From positions 1,701,275 through 1,765,274 of the forward strand of contig MU004234.1 in NCBI GenBank assembly GCA_010405405.1: DNA of 64,000 bases. Direction: 5' to 3'. This document shows positions 63,214 to 64,000 of this stretch, in pieces. The DNA comes from Microthyrium microscopicum (Eukaryota). The number at the start of each line of letters is the position of its first letter. Within the stretch, counting starts at the first letter, position 1. A model generated the notes under the pieces. The model did not search any database. It saw only the letters and a list, made by a program, of their open reading frames with translations, and was not told the origin of the DNA. The position numbers and the translations under genes were made by a program.

Positions 63214-64000
63214 TATTCCACACCGCCATCAATCAGACACTTGAACAAAAACGCCACTTACCACCATGGGCGCTTCGTAAATGTCATGACTGCTCAGATT
63301 GAAATAGCAAATCGACTCTTGCCCCTAATCCGTTTGCCGTATTTGTAAAAGATGTACGGAAAGCTACAAGCATCAGCTATTTTAACATTCACTCTCGAGG
63401 CGCCATGACTTACGGAGCCATAGCTAGTGCAAGAAACGCCAATAAACTCGTCGCCCATTGATATCCCAGTTCTGGATGAATAAGAGATCAGTTTTATTGT
63501 TCCTTGAGAGTGTCTATAACATGCTAGACATGAGCAGGAGATTGCTTACTGTTATACATCTGCACTCCAAACAGCGGGAACGCAGCCGCAAAGCTCGATC
63601 TGGCAAAACTATTGGCTGCAAGCGCACTAGCAGCGTACAATGGATACTAGGTATTCACTCTGTCATCAGTAAAGGTGCCTCGTGCCAGAATACGCAGGAC
63701 ACCGGCAGCGAGCGGGCAGATGCAAGGCCATGCAGAATGCAACTGGCATCTTGCGTCTGTCGGGAATGCACGCTGTGTGGCACTAAGAGGGGAAATGGTT
63801 GCTTACACATTCTACCAGGAAGGTAAAGATACCAGAGAAGCACCAAACGGTCCTATCATTGAATCATTGTAAGCAAATATGAAGACCATGAGATCGACGA
63901 AAGTGGAGTATCATAATCTTCAGAAGATTCACAATGACGCCGACATATCATTATGATCGAATGAGAGTAATGTGGCCAGCGCCACTTAAGAGACTCACCC

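Overview
Eukaryotic DNA from a filamentous ascomycete (Pezizomycotina, plausibly Dothideomycetes). Support: short GT-AG introns with CTRAC branch points, fungal-type genes and RIP-like decay of transposons. About 23 protein-coding genes can be supported. Conserved genes: PIF1, a GTPBP1/2-like GTPase, a HAD hydrolase, BUD32, MAF1, AP-1 sigma, a GCLM-like subunit, MHR1/mL67, catalase-peroxidase, spermidine synthase and acuK/ERT1. Accessory genes: five F-box-like genes (three of them a tandem triplet), a HET-domain gene, an enoyl-reductase-like gene, a GPI protein, a DUF4097-like protein and an MFS transporter. Two TA-flanked terminal-inverted-repeat elements are present: a 1.03-kb non-autonomous element upstream of katG and a 3.2-kb RIP-wrecked pogo-like element. 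The most unusual region is 27.6-36.3 kb, between MHR1 and katG. There, three F-box-like paralogs converge on a multi-exon Crinkler-like gene (P-loop NTPase plus PD-(D/E)xK nuclease) that carries one in-frame TAG between its Walker A and Walker B motifs. This is a candidate toxin/antidote or conflict module. All family assignments come from motif recognition by eye, not database searches.
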